A stretch of 64,000 nucleotides of DNA from the NCBI RefSeq assembly GCF_963921235.1, contig NC_086097.1, forward strand, positions 248,374,001 to 248,438,000, in the 5' to 3' direction. This document shows, in pieces, positions 1-15,400 of this stretch. The position numbers and the translations under genes are program-made. Within the stretch, counting starts at the first letter, position 1; each line of letters opens with the position of its first letter. Source of the stretch: Mobula hypostoma. Its lineage: Eukaryota. Below the pieces are notes generated by a model that worked only from the letters and a program-made list of their open reading frames with translations, made no database searches and was not told the DNA's origin.

Positions 1-416
1 ATATTGACATGATTATATCGGCAACACAGAGGTGCTTCAATATGTTATTGTCTAAAGTGGTCTAGATAGTCTGATAATCACTTCAACATAAATGCTGAAT
101 ATTTCACCAACACTCACATAGGTACTTCTGCTCCATTGTCTTATGGTGTTAAAACCCACGGGGAGAAGGCAGGAGAATAGGGTTGAGAGGGAAATGGATC
201 TGCCATGATCAAATGGCAGAGCCGACATGAAGGGCCGAATGGATGAATTCTGCACTGATGTCTTATGGTCTAAACTCCTTGTAACTAAATAAAATAAATT
301 TTACCTTCAGACATTTTCAGCTGCAGAGCTACCTATGACTAAGACCTTAAAAGTCAAACACCCAGTATCAGAGTCCTCAATTAGGTTGGAGTAAGACTAC
401 CTGATCCACAAAACTT

Positions 417-3400
417 TAGTGCTGGTACAGAGGGATCTGGGTCTGTCACTGCTGGGACAGAGGCAACTGTGTCTGTCAGTGTTGGGACAGTGAGAACTGG
501 TTCTGTCAGTGCTGGGACAGAGGGAACTGGTTCTGTCAGTACTGGGACAGTGGGAACTGTGTCTGTCAGTACTGGAACAGTGGGAACTGAGTCTGTCAGT
601 ACTGGGTCAGTGGGAACTGTGTTTGTGAGTGCTGGGACAGTGGGAACTGTGTCTGTCAGTACTGGGACAGTGGGAACTGTGTCTGTCAGTACTGGGACAG
701 AGGGATCTGGGTCTGTCAGTGCTGGGACAGAGAGAACTGGGTCTGTCAGTGCTGGGACAGTGGAAACGGTGACTGTCAGTGCCGGGACAGTGGAAACTGT
801 GACTGTCAGTGCTGGGCCAGTGGGAACTGGGACTGTCAGTGCTGGAACAGTGGGAACTGGGTCTGTCAGTGCTGGGATGGTGAGAACTGGTTCTGTCAGT
901 GCTGGGATGGTGAGAACTGGTTCTGTCAGTACTGGACAGTGGGAACTGTGTCTGTCAGTACTGGGACAGTGAGAACTGTGTCAGTCAGTGCTGGGACAGA
1001 GGGAAATGGGTCTGTCAGTGCTGGGAAAGAGGGAGATGGGTCTGTCAGTGCTGGGACAGAGGGAACTGTGTCTGTCAGTGTTGGGACAGAGGGAACTGTG
1101 ACTATCAGTGTTGGGACAGTGGGAACTGTGTCTGTCAGTGCTGTGACAGTGGGAACTGGTTCTGTCAGTACCGGGACAGCGGGAACTGTGTCTGTCAGTA
1201 CCAGGATAGAGGGATCTGGGTCTGTCAGTACTGGGACATAGAGAACTGGTTCTGTCAGTACTGGGATGGAGGGAACTGTGTCTGTCAGTACTGGGACAGA
1301 GGGAAATGGTTCTGTCAGTACTGGGACAATGGGAACTGTGTCTATCAGTGCTGGGACAATGGGAACTGTGACTGTCAGTGCTGGGACAGAGGGAACTGGT
1401 TCTGTCAGTACTGGGACAGTGGGAACTGTGTCTGTCAGTGCTGGGACAGTGGGAACTGGGTCTGTCAGTGCTGGGACAGAGGGAAATGGGTCTGTCAGTG
1501 CTGGGACAGAGGGATCTGGGTCTGTCACTGCTGGGACAGAGGGAACTGTGTCTGTCAGTGTTGGGACAGAAGGAACTGTGACTGTCAGTGTTGGGACAGT
1601 GGGAACTGTGTCTGTCAGTGCTGTGACAGTGGGAACTGGTTCTGTCAGTACTGGGACAGCGGGACCTGTGTCTGTCAGTACTGGGACAGCGGGACCTGTG
1701 TCTGTCAGTACTGGGACAGTGGGAACTGAGTCTGTCAGTGCCGGGACAGTGGGAACTGTGTCTGAAAATGCTGGGACAGTGGGAACTGTGTCTGTCAGTG
1801 CTGTGACAGAGGGATCTGGGTCTGTCAGTGATGGGACAGAGGGAACTTGGTCTGTCAGTGCAGGGACAGTGGAAACTGTGACTGTCAGTGCCGGGACAGT
1901 GGGAATTGTGGCTGTCAGAGCTGTGCCAGTGGGAACTGGGACTGTCAGTGCTGGGCCGGTGAGAACTGGTTCTGTCAGTACTGGGACAGTGGGAACTGTG
2001 TCTGTCAGTGCTGGGACAGAGGGAACTGGGTCTGTCAGTACTAGGGCAGTGGGAACTGGGTCTGTCAGTACTGGGACGGTGGGAACTGGGTCTGTCAGTA
2101 CTGGGACAGAGGGAACTGGGTCTGTCAGTGCTGGGTCAGTGGGAACTGTGTCCGTCAGTGCTGGGTTGGTGGGAACTGTGTCCGTCAGTGCTGGGATAGA
2201 GGGAACTGGGTCTGTCAATGCTGGGACAGAGGGATCTGGGTCTGTCAGTGCTGGGACAGTGGGATCTGGGTCTGTCAGTACCGGGACAGTGGGAACTGTG
2301 TCTGTCAGTGCCGGGACAGTGGGAACTGTGTCTGTCAGTGCTGGGACAGAGGGAACTGGGTCTGTCAGTACTGGGACAGAGGGATCTGGGTCTGTCAGTA
2401 CTGGGACAGTGGGAACTGGGTCTGTCAGTACTGGCACAGAGGGATCTGGGTCTGTCAGTACTGGGACAGTGGGAACTGTGTCTGTCAGTGCTGTGACAGA
2501 GGGAACTGGGTCTGTCAGTACTGGGACAGAGGGATCTGGGTCTGTCAGTACTGGGACAGTGGGAACTGGGTCTGTCAGTACTGGCACAGAGGGAAATGGG
2601 TCTGTCAGTACTGGGACAATGGGAACTGTGTCTATCAGTGCTGGGACAATGGGAACTGTGACTGTCAGTGCTGGGGCAGAGGGAACTGGTTCTGTCAGTA
2701 CTGGGACAGTGGGAATTGTGTCTGCCAGTGCTGGGACAGTGCGATCTGGGTCTGTCAGTACTGGGACAGTGGGAACTGGGTCTGTCAGTACTGGGACAGA
2801 GGGATCTGGGTCTGTCACTGCTGGGACAGAGGGAACTCAGTCTGTCAGTGCTGGGATGGTGAGAACTGGGTCTGTCAGTGCTGGGATGGTGACAACTGGT
2901 TCTGTCAGTACTGGGGCAGTGCGAACTGTGTCTGTCAGTGCTGGGACGGAGGGAACTGGTTCTGTCAGTACTGGACAGTGGGAACTGTGTATGTCAGTGC
3001 TGGGACAGTGTGATCTGGGTCTGTCAGTACTGGGACAGTGGGAACTGGCTCTGTCAGTGCTGGGTCGGTGGGAACTGTGTCTGTCAGTGCTGGGACAGTG
3101 GGAACTGTGTCTGTCAGTACTGGGACAGTGGGAACTGGCTCTGTCAGTACTGGGACAGAGGGATCTGGGTCTGTCAGTACTGGGACAGTGAGAACTGTGC
3201 CTGTCAGTGCTGGGACAGTAGGAACTGTGTCTGTCAGTACTGGGACAGTGGGAACTGGGTCTGTCAGTACTGGCACAGAGGGAAATGGGTCTGTCAGTAC
3301 TGGGACAATGGGAACTGTGTCTATCAGTGCTGGGACAATGGGAACTGTGACTGTCAGTGCTGGGGCAGAGGGAACTGGGTCTGTCAGTACTGAGACAGTG

Positions 3401-6400
3401 GGAACTGGTTCTGTCAGTGCTGGGTTGGTGGGAACTGTGTCTGTCAGTGCTGGGACAGTGGGAACTGGTTCTGTCAGTACTAGGACAGTGGGAACTGTGT
3501 CAGTGCTGTGACAGTGGGAACTGTGTCTGTCAGTACTGGGACAGAGGGATCTGGGTCTGTCAGTGCTGGGACAGTGGGAACTGGGTCTGTCAGTGCCGGG
3601 ACAGTGGGAACTGTGTCTGTCAGTGCTGGAGCAGTGGGAACTGTGTCTGTCAGTACTGGGACAGTGAGAACTATGTCTGTCAGTGCTGAGACAGAGAGAA
3701 TTGGGTCTGTCAGTGCAGGGACAGTGGAAACTGTGTCTATCAGTGCTGGGCCAGTGGGAACTGGGGCTGTCAGTGCTGAGACATTGGGAACTGGGTCCGT
3801 CAGTGCTGGGATGGTGAGAACTGGTTCTGTCAGTACTGGGACAGTGGGAACTGTGTCTGTCAGTGCTGGAGCAGTGGGAACTGGTTCTGTTAGTACTGGG
3901 ACAGTGGGAACTGGGTCTGTCAGTGCTGGGACAGAGGGAAATGGGTCTGTCAGTGCTGGGACAGAGGGAAATGGGTCTGTCACTGCTGGGACAGAGGGAA
4001 CTGTGTCTGTCAGTGTTGGGACAGAAGGAAATGTGACTGTCAGTGTTGGGACAGTGGGAACTGTGTCTGTCAGTGCTGTGACAGTGGGAACTGGTTCTGT
4101 CAGTACTGGGACGGTGGGAACTGGGTCTGTCAGTACTGGGACAGAGGGAACTGGGTCTGTCAGTGCTGGGTCGGTGGGAACTGTGTCCGTCAGTGCTGGG
4201 TTGGTGGGAACTGTGTCCGTAAGTGCTGGGACAGAGGGAACTGGGTCTGTCAGTGCTGGGACAGAGGGATCTGGGTCTGTCAGTGCTGGGACAGTGGGAT
4301 CTGGGTCTGTCAGTACCGGGACAGTGGGAACTGTGTCTGTCAGTGCCGGGACAGTGGGAACTGTGTCTGTCAGTGCTGGGACAGAGGGAACTGGGTCTGT
4401 CAGTACTGGGACAGAGGGATCTGGGTCTGTCAGTACTGGGACAGTGGGAACTGGGTCTGTCAGTACTGGCACAGAGGGATCTGGGTCTGTCAGTACTGGG
4501 ACAGTGGGAACTGTGTCTGTCAGTGCTGTGACAGAGGGAACTGGGTCTGTCAGTACTGGGACAGAGGGATCTGGGTCTGTCAGTACTGGGACAGTGGGAA
4601 CTGGGTCTGTCAGTACTGGCACAGAGGGAAATGGGTCTGTCAGTACTGGGACAATGGGAACTGTGTCTATCAGTGCTGGGACAATGGGAACTGTGACTGT
4701 CAGTGCTGGGGCAGAGGGAACTGGTTCTGTCAGTACTGGGACAGTGGGAATTGTGTCTGCCAGTGCTGGGACGGTGCGATCTGGGTCTGTCAGTACTGGG
4801 ACAGTGGGAACTGGGTCTGTCAGTACTGGGACAGAGGGATCTGGGTCTGTCACTGCTGGGACAGAGGGAACTGAGTCTGTCAGTGCTGGGATGGTGAGAA
4901 CTGGGTCTGTCAGTGCTGGGATGGTGAGAACTGGTTCTGTCAGTACTGGGACAGTGCGAACTGTGTCTGTCAGTGCTGGGACGGAGGGAACTGGTTCTGT
5001 CAGTACTGGGACAGTGGGAACTGTGTCTGTCAGTGCTGGGTCGGTGGCATCTGGGTCTGTCAGTACTGGGACAGTGGGAACTGGGTCTGTCAGTGGGAAC
5101 TGACTCTGTCAATGCTGGGACAGAGGGAACTGGGTCTGTCAGTACTGAGACAGTGGGAACTGGTTCTGTCAGTGCTGGGTTGGTGGGAACTGTGTCTGTC
5201 AGTGCTGGGACAGTGGGAACTGGTTCTGTCAGTACTAGGACAGTGGGAACTGTGTCAGTGCTGTGACAGTGGGAACTGTGTCTGTCAGTACTGGGACAGA
5301 GGGATCTGGGTCTGTCAGTGCTGGGACAGTGGGAACTGGGTCTGTCAGTGCTGGGACAGTGGGAACTGTGTCTGTCAGTGCTGGAGCAGTGGGAACTGTG
5401 TCTGTCAGTGCTGGAGCAGTGGGAACTGTGTCTGTCAGTACTGGGACAGTGAGAACTATGTCTGTCAGTGCTGAGACAGAGAGAATTGGGTCTGTCAGTG
5501 CAGGGACAGTGGAAACTGTGTCTGTCAGTGCTGGGCCAGTGGGAACTGGGGCTGTCAGTGCTGAGACATTGGGAACTGGGTCCGTCAGTGCTGGGATGGT
5601 GAGAACTGGTTCTGTCAGTACTGGGACAGTGGGAACTGTGTCTGTCAGTGCTGGAGCAGTGGGAACTGGTTCTGTTAGTACTGGGACAGTGGGAACTGGG
5701 TCTGTCAGTGCTGGGACAGAGGGAACTGGGTCTGTCAGTGCTGGGACAGAGGGAATTGGGTCTGTCAGTGCAGGGACAGTGGAAACTGTGACTGTCAGTG
5801 CCAGGGCAGTGGGAACTGTGTCTGTCAGTACTGGGACAGTGAGAACTGTGTCTGTCAGTGCTGGGACAGAGGGAAATCGATCTGTCAGTACTGGGACAGA
5901 GGGATCTGGGTCTGTCAGTACTGGGACAGTGCGATCTGGGTCTGTCAGTACTGGGACAGTGGGATCTGGGTCTGTCAGTACTGGGACAGTGAGAACTGTG
6001 CCTGTCAGTGCTGGGACAGTAGGAACTGTGTCTGTCAGTACTGGGACAGTGCGATCTGAGTCTGTCAGTACTGGGACAGTGGGAACTGGTTCTGTCAGTA
6101 CTGGGACAGTGGGAACTGTGTCTGTCAGTGCTGGGCCAGAGGGAACTGTGTCTGTCAGTACTGGGACAGTGCCATCTGGGTCTGTCAGTACTGGGACAGT
6201 GGGAACTGGGTCTGTCAGTGCTGGGTCGGTGGGAACTGACTCTGTCAATGCTGGAACAGAGTGAACTGGGTCTGTCAGTACTGAGACAGAGGGAACTGGG
6301 TCTGTCAGTGCTGGGTCGGAGGGAACTGGGTCTGTCAGTGCTGGGTTGGTGGGAACTGTGTCTGTCAGTGCTGGGACAGAGGGAATTGGGTCTGTCAGTG

Positions 6401-9400
6401 CAGGGACAGTGGAAACTGTGACTGTCAGTGCCAGGGCAGTGGGAACTGTGTCTGTCAGTACTGGGACAGTGAGAACTGTGTCTGTCAGTGCTGGAACAGA
6501 GGGAAATCGATCTGTCAGTACTGGGACAGAGGGATCTGGGTCTGTCAGTACTGGGACACTGCGATCTGGGTCTGTCAGTACTGGGACAGTGGGATCTGGG
6601 TCTGTCAGTACTGGGACAGAGGGATCTGGGTCTGTCAGTACTGGGACAGTGAGAACTGTGCCTGTCAGTGCTGAGACAGTAGGAACTGTGTCTGTCAGTA
6701 CTTGGACAGTGCCATCTGGGTCTGTCAGTACTGGGACAGTGGGAACTGGGTCTGTCAGTGCTGGGTCGGTGGGAACTGACTCTGTCAATGCTGGGACAGA
6801 GGGAACTGGTTCTGTCAGTGCTGGGAGAGTGGGAACTGGTTCTGTCAGTGCTGGGCTGGTGGGAACTGTGTCTGTCAGTGCTGGGACAGTGGGAACTGGT
6901 TCTGTCAGTACTAGGACAGCGGGAACTGTGTCTGTCAGTGCTGTGACAGTGGGAACTGTGTCTGTCAGTACTGGGACAGAGGGATCTGGGTCTGTCAGTG
7001 CTGGGACAGTGGGAACTGGGTCTGTCAGTGCCGGGACAGTGGGAACTGTGTCTGTCAGTGCTGGAGCAGTGGGAACTGTGTCTGTCAGTACTGGGACAGT
7101 GAGAACTATGTCTGTCAGTGCTGGGACAGAGAGAATTGGGTCTGTCAGTGCAGGGACAGTGGAAACTGTGTCTGTCAGTGCTGGGCCAGTGGGAACTGGG
7201 GCTGTCAGTGCTGAGACATTGGGAACTGGGTCCGTCAGTGCTGGGATGGTGAGAACTGGTTCTGTCAGTACTGGGACAGTGGGAACTGTGTCTGTCAGTG
7301 CTGGAGCAGTGGGAACTGGTTCTGTTAGTACTGGGACAGTGGGAACTGTGTCTGTCAGTGCTGGGACAGAGGGAATTGGGTCTGTCAGTGCAGGGACAGT
7401 GGAAACTGTGACTGTCAGTGCCAGGGCAGTGGGAACTGTGTCTGTCAGTACTGGGACAGTGAGAACTGTGTCTGTCAGTGCTGGAACAGAGGGAAATCGA
7501 TCTGTCAGTACTGGGACAGTGGGAACTGGGTCTGTCAGTGGGAACTGACTCTGTCAATGCTGGGACAGAGGGAACTGGGTCTGTCAGTACTGAGACAGTG
7601 GGAACTGGTTCTGTCAGTGCTGGGTTGGTGGGAACTGTGTCTGTCAGTGCTGGGACAGTGGGAACTGGTTCTGTCAGTACTAGGACAGTGGGAACTGTGT
7701 CAGTGCTGTGACAGTGGGAACTGTGTCTGTCAGTACTGGGACAGAGGGATCTGGGTCTGTCAGTGCTGGGACAGTGGGAACTGGGTCTGTCAGTGCCGGG
7801 ACAGTGGGAACTGTGTCTGTCAGTGCTGGAGCAGTGGGAACTGTGTCTGTCAGTGCTGGAGCAGTGGGAACTGTGTCTGTCAGTACTGGGACAGTGAGAA
7901 CTATGTCTGTCAGTGCTGAGACAGAGAGAATTGGGTCTGTCAGTGCAGGGACAGTGGAAACTGTGTCTGTCAGTGCTGGGCCAGTGGGAACTGGGGCTGT
8001 CAGTGCTGAGACATTGGGAACTGGGTCCGTCAGTGCTGGGATGGTGAGAACTGGTTCTGTCAGTACTGGGACAGTGGGAACTGTGTCTGTCAGTGCTGGA
8101 GCAGTGGGAACTGGTTCTGTTAGTACTGGGACAGTGGGAACTGGGTCTGTCAGTGCTGGGACAGAGGGAACTGGGTCTGTCAGTGCTGGGACAGAGGGAA
8201 TTGGGTCTGTCAGTGCAGGGACAGTGGAAACTGTGACTGTCAGTGCCAGGGCAGTGGGAACTGTGTCTGTCAGTACTGGGACAGTGAGAACTGTGTCTGT
8301 CAGTGCTGGGACAGAGGGAAATCGATCTGTCAGTACTGGGACAGAGGGATCTGGGTCTGTCAGTACTGGGACAGTGCGATCTGGGTCTGTCAGTACTGGG
8401 ACAGTGGGATCTGGGTCTGTCAGTACTGGGACAGTGAGAACTGTGCCTGTCAGTGCTGGGACAGTAGGAACTGTGTCTGTCAGTACTGGGACAGTGCGAT
8501 CTGAGTCTGTCAGTACTGGGACAGTGGGAACTGGTTCTGTCAGTACTGGGACAGTGGGAACTGTGTCTGTCAGTGCTGGGCCAGAGGGAACTGTGTCTGT
8601 CGGTACTGGGACAGTGCCATCTGGGTCTGTCAGTACTGGGACAGTGGGAACTGGGTCTGTCAGTGCTGGGTCGGTGGGAACTGACTCTGTCAATGCTGGA
8701 ACAGAGTGAACTGGGTCTGTCAGTACTGAGACAGAGGGAACTGGGTCTGTCAGTGCTGGGTCGGAGGGAACTGGGTCTGTCAGTGCTGGGTTGGTGGGAA
8801 CTGTGTCTGTCAGTGCTGGGACAGAGGGAATTGGGTCTGTCAGTGCAGGGACAGTGGAAACTGTGACTGTCAGTGCCAGGGCAGTGGGAACTGTGTCTGT
8901 CAGTACTGGGACAGTGAGAACTGTGTCTGTCAGTGCTGGAACAGAGGGAAATCGATCTGTCAGTACTGGGACAGAGGGATCTGGGTCTGTCAGTACTGGG
9001 ACACTGCGATCTGGGTCTGTCAGTACTGGGACAGTGGGATCTGGGTCTGTCAGTACTGGGACAGAGGGATCTGGGTCTGTCAGTACTGGGACAGTGAGAA
9101 CTGTGCCTGTCAGTGCTGAGACAGTAGGAACTGTGTCTGTCAGTACTTGGACAGTGCCATCTGGGTCTGTCAGTACTGGGACAGTGGGAACTGGGTCTGT
9201 CAGTGCTGGGTCGGTGGGAACTGACTCTGTCAATGCTGGGACAGAGGGAACTGGTTCTGTCAGTGCTGGGAGAGTGGGAACTGGTTCTGTCAGTGCTGGG
9301 CTGGTGGGAACTGTGTCTGTCAGTGCTGGGACAGTGAGAACTGGTTCTGTCAGTACTAGGACAGTGGGAACTGTGTCTGTCAGTGCTGTGACAGTGGGAA

Positions 9401-12400
9401 CTGTGTCTGTCAGTACTGGGACAGAGGGATCTGGGTCTGTCAGTGCTGGGACAGTGGGAACTGGGTCTGTCAGTGCCGGGACAGTGGGAACTGTGTCTGT
9501 CAGTGCTGGAGCAGTGGGAACTGTGTCTGTCAGTACTGGGACAGTGAGAACTATGTCTGTCAGTGCTGGGACAGAGAGAATTGGGTCTGTCAGTGCAGGG
9601 ACAGTGGAAACTGTGTCTGTCAGTGCTGGGCCAGTGGGAACTGGGGCTGTCAGTGCTGAGACATTGGGAACTGGGTCCGTCAGTGCTGGGATGGTGAGAA
9701 CTGGTTCTGTCAGTACTGGGACAGTGGGAACTGTGTCTGTCAGTGCTGGAGCAGTGGGAACTGGTTCTGTTAGTACTGGGACAGTGGGAACTGTGTCTGT
9801 CAGTGCTGGGACAGAGGGAATTGGGTCTGTCAGTGCAGGGACAGTGGAAACTGTGACTGTCAGTGCCAGGGCAGTGGGAACTGTGTATGTCAGTACTGGG
9901 ACAGTGAGAACTGTGTCTGTCAGTGCTGGAACAGAGGGAAATCGATCTGTCAGTACTGGGACAGAGGGATCTGGGTCTGTCAGTACTGGGACAGTGCGAT
10001 CTGGGTCTGTCAGTACTGGGACAGTGGAATCTGGGTCTGTCAGTACTGGCACAGAGGGATCTGGGTCTGTCAGTACTGGCACAGAGGGAAATGGGTCTGT
10101 CAGTACTGGGACAATGGGAACTGTGTCTATCAGTGCTGGGACAATGGGAACTGTGACTGTCAGTGCTGGGACAGTGGGAACTGGTTCTGTCAGTACTAGG
10201 ACAGCGGGAACTGTGTCTGTCAGTGCTGTGACAGTGGGAACTGTGTCTGTCAGTACTGGGACAGAGGGATCTGGGTCTGTCAGTGCTGGGACAGTGGGAA
10301 CTGGGTCTGTCAGTGCCGGGACAGTGGGAACTGTGTCTGTCAGTGCTGGAGCAGTGGGAACTGTGTCTGTCAGTACTGGGACAGTGAGAACTATGTCTGT
10401 CAGTGCTGGGACAGAGAGAATTGGGTCTGTCAGTGCAGGGACAGTGGAAACTGTGTCTGTCAGTGCTGGGCCAGTGGGAACTGGGGCTGTCAGTGCTGAG
10501 ACATTGGGAACTGGGTCCGTCAGTGCTGGGATGGTGAGAACTGGTTCTGTCAGTACTGGGACAGTGGGAACTGTGTCTGTCAGTGCTGGAGCAGTGGGAA
10601 CTGGTTCTGTTAGTACTGGGACAGTGGGAACTGTGTCTGTCAGTGCTGGGACAGAGGGAATTGGGTCTGTCAGTGCAGGGACAGTGGAAACTGTGACTGT
10701 CAGTGCCAGGGCAGTGGGAACTGTGTCTGTCAGTACTGGGACAGTGAGAACTGTGTCTGTCAGTGCTGGAACAGAGGGAAATCGATCTGTCAGTACTGGG
10801 ACAGAGGGATCTGGGTCTGTCAGTACTGGGACAGTGCGATCTGGGTCTGTCAGTACTGGGACAGTGGGATCTGGGTCTGTCAGTACTGGGACAGAGGGAT
10901 CTGGGTCTGTCAGTACTGGGACAGTGAGAACTGTGCCTGTCAGTGCTGGGACAGTAGGAACTGTGTTTGTCAGTACTGGGACAGTGCGATCTGGGTCTGT
11001 CAGTACTGGGACAGTGGGAACTGGTTCTGTCAGTACTGGGACAGTGGGAACTGTGTCTGTCAGTACTGGGACAGTGCCATCTGGGTCTGTCAGTACTGGG
11101 ACAGTGGGAACTGGGTCTGTTAGTGCTGGGTCGGTGGGAACTGACTCTGTCAATGCTGAGACAGAGGGAACTGGTTCTGTCAGTGCTGGGAGAGTGGGAA
11201 CTGTGTCTGTCAGTGCTGGGACAGTGGGAACTGGGTCTGTCAGTGCCAGGACAGTGGGAACTGTGTCTGTCAGTGCTGGAGCAGTGGGAACTGTGTCTGT
11301 CAGTACTGGGACAGTGAGAACTATGTCTGTCAGTGCTGAGACAGAGGGAAATGGGTCTGTCAGTGCTGGGACAGAGGGATCTGGGTCTGTCACTGCTGGG
11401 ACAGAGGGAACTGTGTCTGTCAGTGTTGGGACAGAAGGAACTGTGACTGTCAGTGTTGGGACAGTGGGAACTGTGTCTGTCAGTGCTGTGACAGTGGGAC
11501 CTGGTTCTGTCAGTACTGGGACAGTGGGAACTGAGTCTGTCAGTGCCGGGACAGTGGGAACTGTGTCTGAAAATGCTGGGACAGTGGGAACTGTGTCTGT
11601 CAGTGCTGTGACAGAGGGATCTGGGTCTGTCAGTGATGGGACAGAGGGAACTTGGTCTGTCAGTGCAGGGACAGTGGAAACTGTGACTGTCAGTGCCGGG
11701 ACAGTTGGAATTGTGGCTGTCAGAGCTGTGCCAGTGGGAACTGGGACTGTCAGTGCTGGGCCGGTGAGAACTGGTTCTGTCAGTACTGGGACAGTGGGAA
11801 CTGTGTCTGTCAGTGCTGGGACAGAGGGAACTGGGTCTGTCAGTACTGGGGCAGTGGGAACTGGGTCTGTCAGTACTGGGACGGTGGGAACTGGGTCTGT
11901 CAGTACTGGGACAGAGGGAACTGGGTCTGTCAGTGCTGGGTCGGTGGGAACTGTGTCCATCAGTGCTGGGTTGGTGGGAACTGTGTCCGTCAGTGCTGGG
12001 ACAGAGGGAACTGGGTCTGTCAGTGCTGGGTCAGAGGGATCTGGGTCTGTCAGTGCTGGGACAGTGGGATCTGGGTCTGTCAGTACCGGGACAGTGGGAA
12101 CTGTGTCTGTCAGTGCCGGGACAGTGGGAACTGTGTCTGTCAGTGCTGGGACAGAGGGAACTGGGTCTGTCAGTACTGGGACAGAGGGATCTGGGTCTGT
12201 CAGTACTGGGACAGTGGGAACTGGGTCTGTCAGTACTGGCACAGAGGGATCTGGGTCTGTCAGTACTGGGACAGTGGGAACTGTGTCTGTCAGTGCTGTG
12301 ACAGAGGGAACTGGGTCTGTCAGTACTGGGACAGAGGGATCTGGGTCTGTCAGTACTGGGAAGTGGGAACTGGGTCTGTCAGTACTGGCACAGAGGGAAA

Positions 12401-15400
12401 TGGGTCTGTCAGTACTGGGACAATGGGAACTGTGTCTATCAGTGCTGGGACAATGGGAACTGTGACTGTCAGTGCTGGGGCAGAGGGAACTGGTTCTGTC
12501 AGTACTGGGACAGTGGGAATTGTGTCTGCCAGTGCTGGGACGGTGCGATCTGGGTCTGTCAGTACTGGGACAGTGGGAACTGGGTCTGTCAGTACTGGGA
12601 CAGAGGGATCTGGGTCTGTCACTGCTGGGACAGAGGGAACTGAGTCTGTCAGTGCTGGGACGGAGGGAACTGGTTCTGTCAGTACTGGACAGTGGGAACT
12701 GTGTATGTCAGTGCTGGGACAGTGTGATCTGGGTCTGTCAGTACTGGGACAGTGGGAACTGTGTCTGTCAGTGCTGGGTCGGTGGGAACTGTGTCTGTCA
12801 GTGCTGGGACAGTGGGAACTGTGTCTGTCAGTACTGGGACAGTGGGAACTGGCTCTGTCAGTGCTGGGTCGGAGGGAACTGGGTCTGTCAGTGCTGGGTT
12901 GGTGGGAACTGTGTCTGTCAGTGCTGGGACAGAGGGAATTGGGTCTGTCAGTGCAGGGACAGTGGAAACTGTGACTGTCAGTGCCAGGGCAGTGGGAACT
13001 GTGTCTGTCAGTACTGGGACAGTGAGAACTGTGTCTGTCAGTGCTGGAACAGAGGGAAATCGATCTGTCAGTACTGGGACAGAGGGATCTGGGTCTGTCA
13101 GTACTGGGACACTGCGATCTGGGTCTGTCAGTACTGGGACAGTGGGATCTGGGTCTGTCAGTACTGGGACAGAGGGATCTGGGTCTGTCAGTACTGGGAC
13201 AGTGAGAACTGTGCCTGTCAGTGCTGAGACAGTAGGAACTGTGTCTGTCAGTACTTGGACAGTGCCATCTGGGTCTGTCAGTACTGGGACAGTGGGAACT
13301 GGGTCTGTCAGTGCTGGGTCGGTGGGAACTGACTCTGTCAATGCTGGGACAGAGGGAACTGGTTCTGTCAGTGCTGGGAGAGTGGGAACTGGTTCTGTCA
13401 GTGCTGGGCTGGTGGGAACTGTGTCTGTCAGTGCTGGGACAGTGAGAACTGGTTCTGTCAGTACTAGGACAGTGGGAACTGTGTCTGTCAGTGCTGTGAC
13501 AGTGGGAACTGTGTCTGTCAGTACTGGGACAGAGGGATCTGGGTCTGTCAGTGCTGGGACAGTGGGAACTGGGTCTGTCAGTGCCGGGACAGTGGGAACT
13601 GTGTCTGTCAGTGCTGGAGCAGTGGGAACTGTGTCTGTCAGTACTGGGACAGTGAGAACTATGTCTGTCAGTGCTGGGACAGAGAGAATTGGGTCTGTCA
13701 GTGCAGGGACAGTGGAAACTGTGTCTGTCAGTGCTGGGCCAGTGGGAACTGGGGCTGTCAGTGCTGAGACATTGGGAACTGGGTCCGTCAGTGCTGGGAT
13801 GGTGAGAACTGGTTCTGTCAGTACTGGGACAGTGGGAACTGTGTCTGTCAGTGCTGGAGCAGTGGGAACTGGTTCTGTTAGTACTGGGACAGTGGGAACT
13901 GTGTCTGTCAGTGCTGGGACAGAGGGAATTGGGTCTGTCAGTGCAGGGACAGTGGAAACTGTGACTGTCAGTGCCAGGGCAGTGGGAACTGTGTATGTCA
14001 GTACTGGGACAGTGAGAACTGTGTCTGTCAGTGCTGGAACAGAGGGAAATCGATCTGTCAGTACTGGGACAGAGGGATCTGGGTCTGTCAGTACTGGGAC
14101 AGTGCGATCTGGGTCTGTCAGTACTGGGACAGTGGAATCTGGGTCTGTCAGTACTGGCACAGAGGGATCTGGGTCTGTCAGTACTGGCACAGAGGGAAAT
14201 GGGTCTGTCAGTACTGGGACAATGGGAACTGTGTCTATCAGTGCTGGGACAATGGGAACTGTGACTGTCAGTGCTGGGACAGTGGGAACTGGTTCTGTCA
14301 GTACTAGGACAGCGGGAACTGTGTCTGTCAGTGCTGTGACAGTGGGAACTGTGTCTGTCAGTACTGGGACAGAGGGATCTGGGTCTGTCAGTGCTGGGAC
14401 AGTGGGAACTGGGTCTGTCAGTGCCGGGACAGTGGGAACTGTGTCTGTCAGTGCTGGAGCAGTGGGAACTGTGTCTGTCAGTACTGGGACAGTGAGAACT
14501 ATGTCTGTCAGTGCTGGGACAGAGAGAATTGGGTCTGTCAGTGCAGGGACAGTGGAAACTGTGTCTGTCAGTGCTGGGCCAGTGGGAACTGGGGCTGTCA
14601 GTGCTGAGACATTGGGAACTGGGTCCGTCAGTGCTGGGATGGTGAGAACTGGTTCTGTCAGTACTGGGACAGTGGGAACTGTGTCTGTCAGTGCTGGAGC
14701 AGTGGGAACTGGTTCTGTTAGTACTGGGACAGTGGGAACTGTGTCTGTCAGTGCTGGGACAGAGGGAATTGGGTCTGTCAGTGCAGGGACAGTGGAAACT
14801 GTGACTGTCAGTGCCAGGGCAGTGGGAACTGTGTCTGTCAGTACTGGGACAGTGAGAACTGTGTCTGTCAGTGCTGGAACAGAGGGAAATCGATCTGTCA
14901 GTACTGGGACAGAGGGATCTGGGTCTGTCAGTACTGGGACAGTGCGATCTGGGTCTGTCAGTACTGGGACAGTGGGATCTGGGTCTGTCAGTACTGGGAC
15001 AGAGGGATCTGGGTCTGTCAGTACTGGGACAGTGAGAACTGTGCCTGTCAGTGCTGGGACAGTAGGAACTGTGTTTGTCAGTACTGGGACAGTGCGATCT
15101 GGGTCTGTCAGTACTGGGACAGTGGGAACTGGTTCTGTCAGTACTGGGACAGTGGGAACTGTGTCTGTCAGTACTGGGACAGTGCCATCTGGGTCTGTCA
15201 GTACTGGGACAGTGGGAACTGGGTCTGTTAGTGCTGGGTCGGTGGGAACTGACTCTGTCAATGCTGAGACAGAGGGAACTGGTTCTGTCAGTGCTGGGAG
15301 AGTGGGAACTGTGTCTGTCAGTGCTGGGACAGTGGGAACTGGGTCTGTCAGTGCCAGGACAGTGGGAACTGTGTCTGTCAGTGCTGGAGCAGTGGGAACT

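Noticed and set aside
11652..13227. Cys/Trp-rich ORFs (CVCQCWDSGN) resembling metallothionein or keratin-associated proteins
   Set aside because: Alternative reading frame of the same minisatellite, frequently interrupted by TGA.
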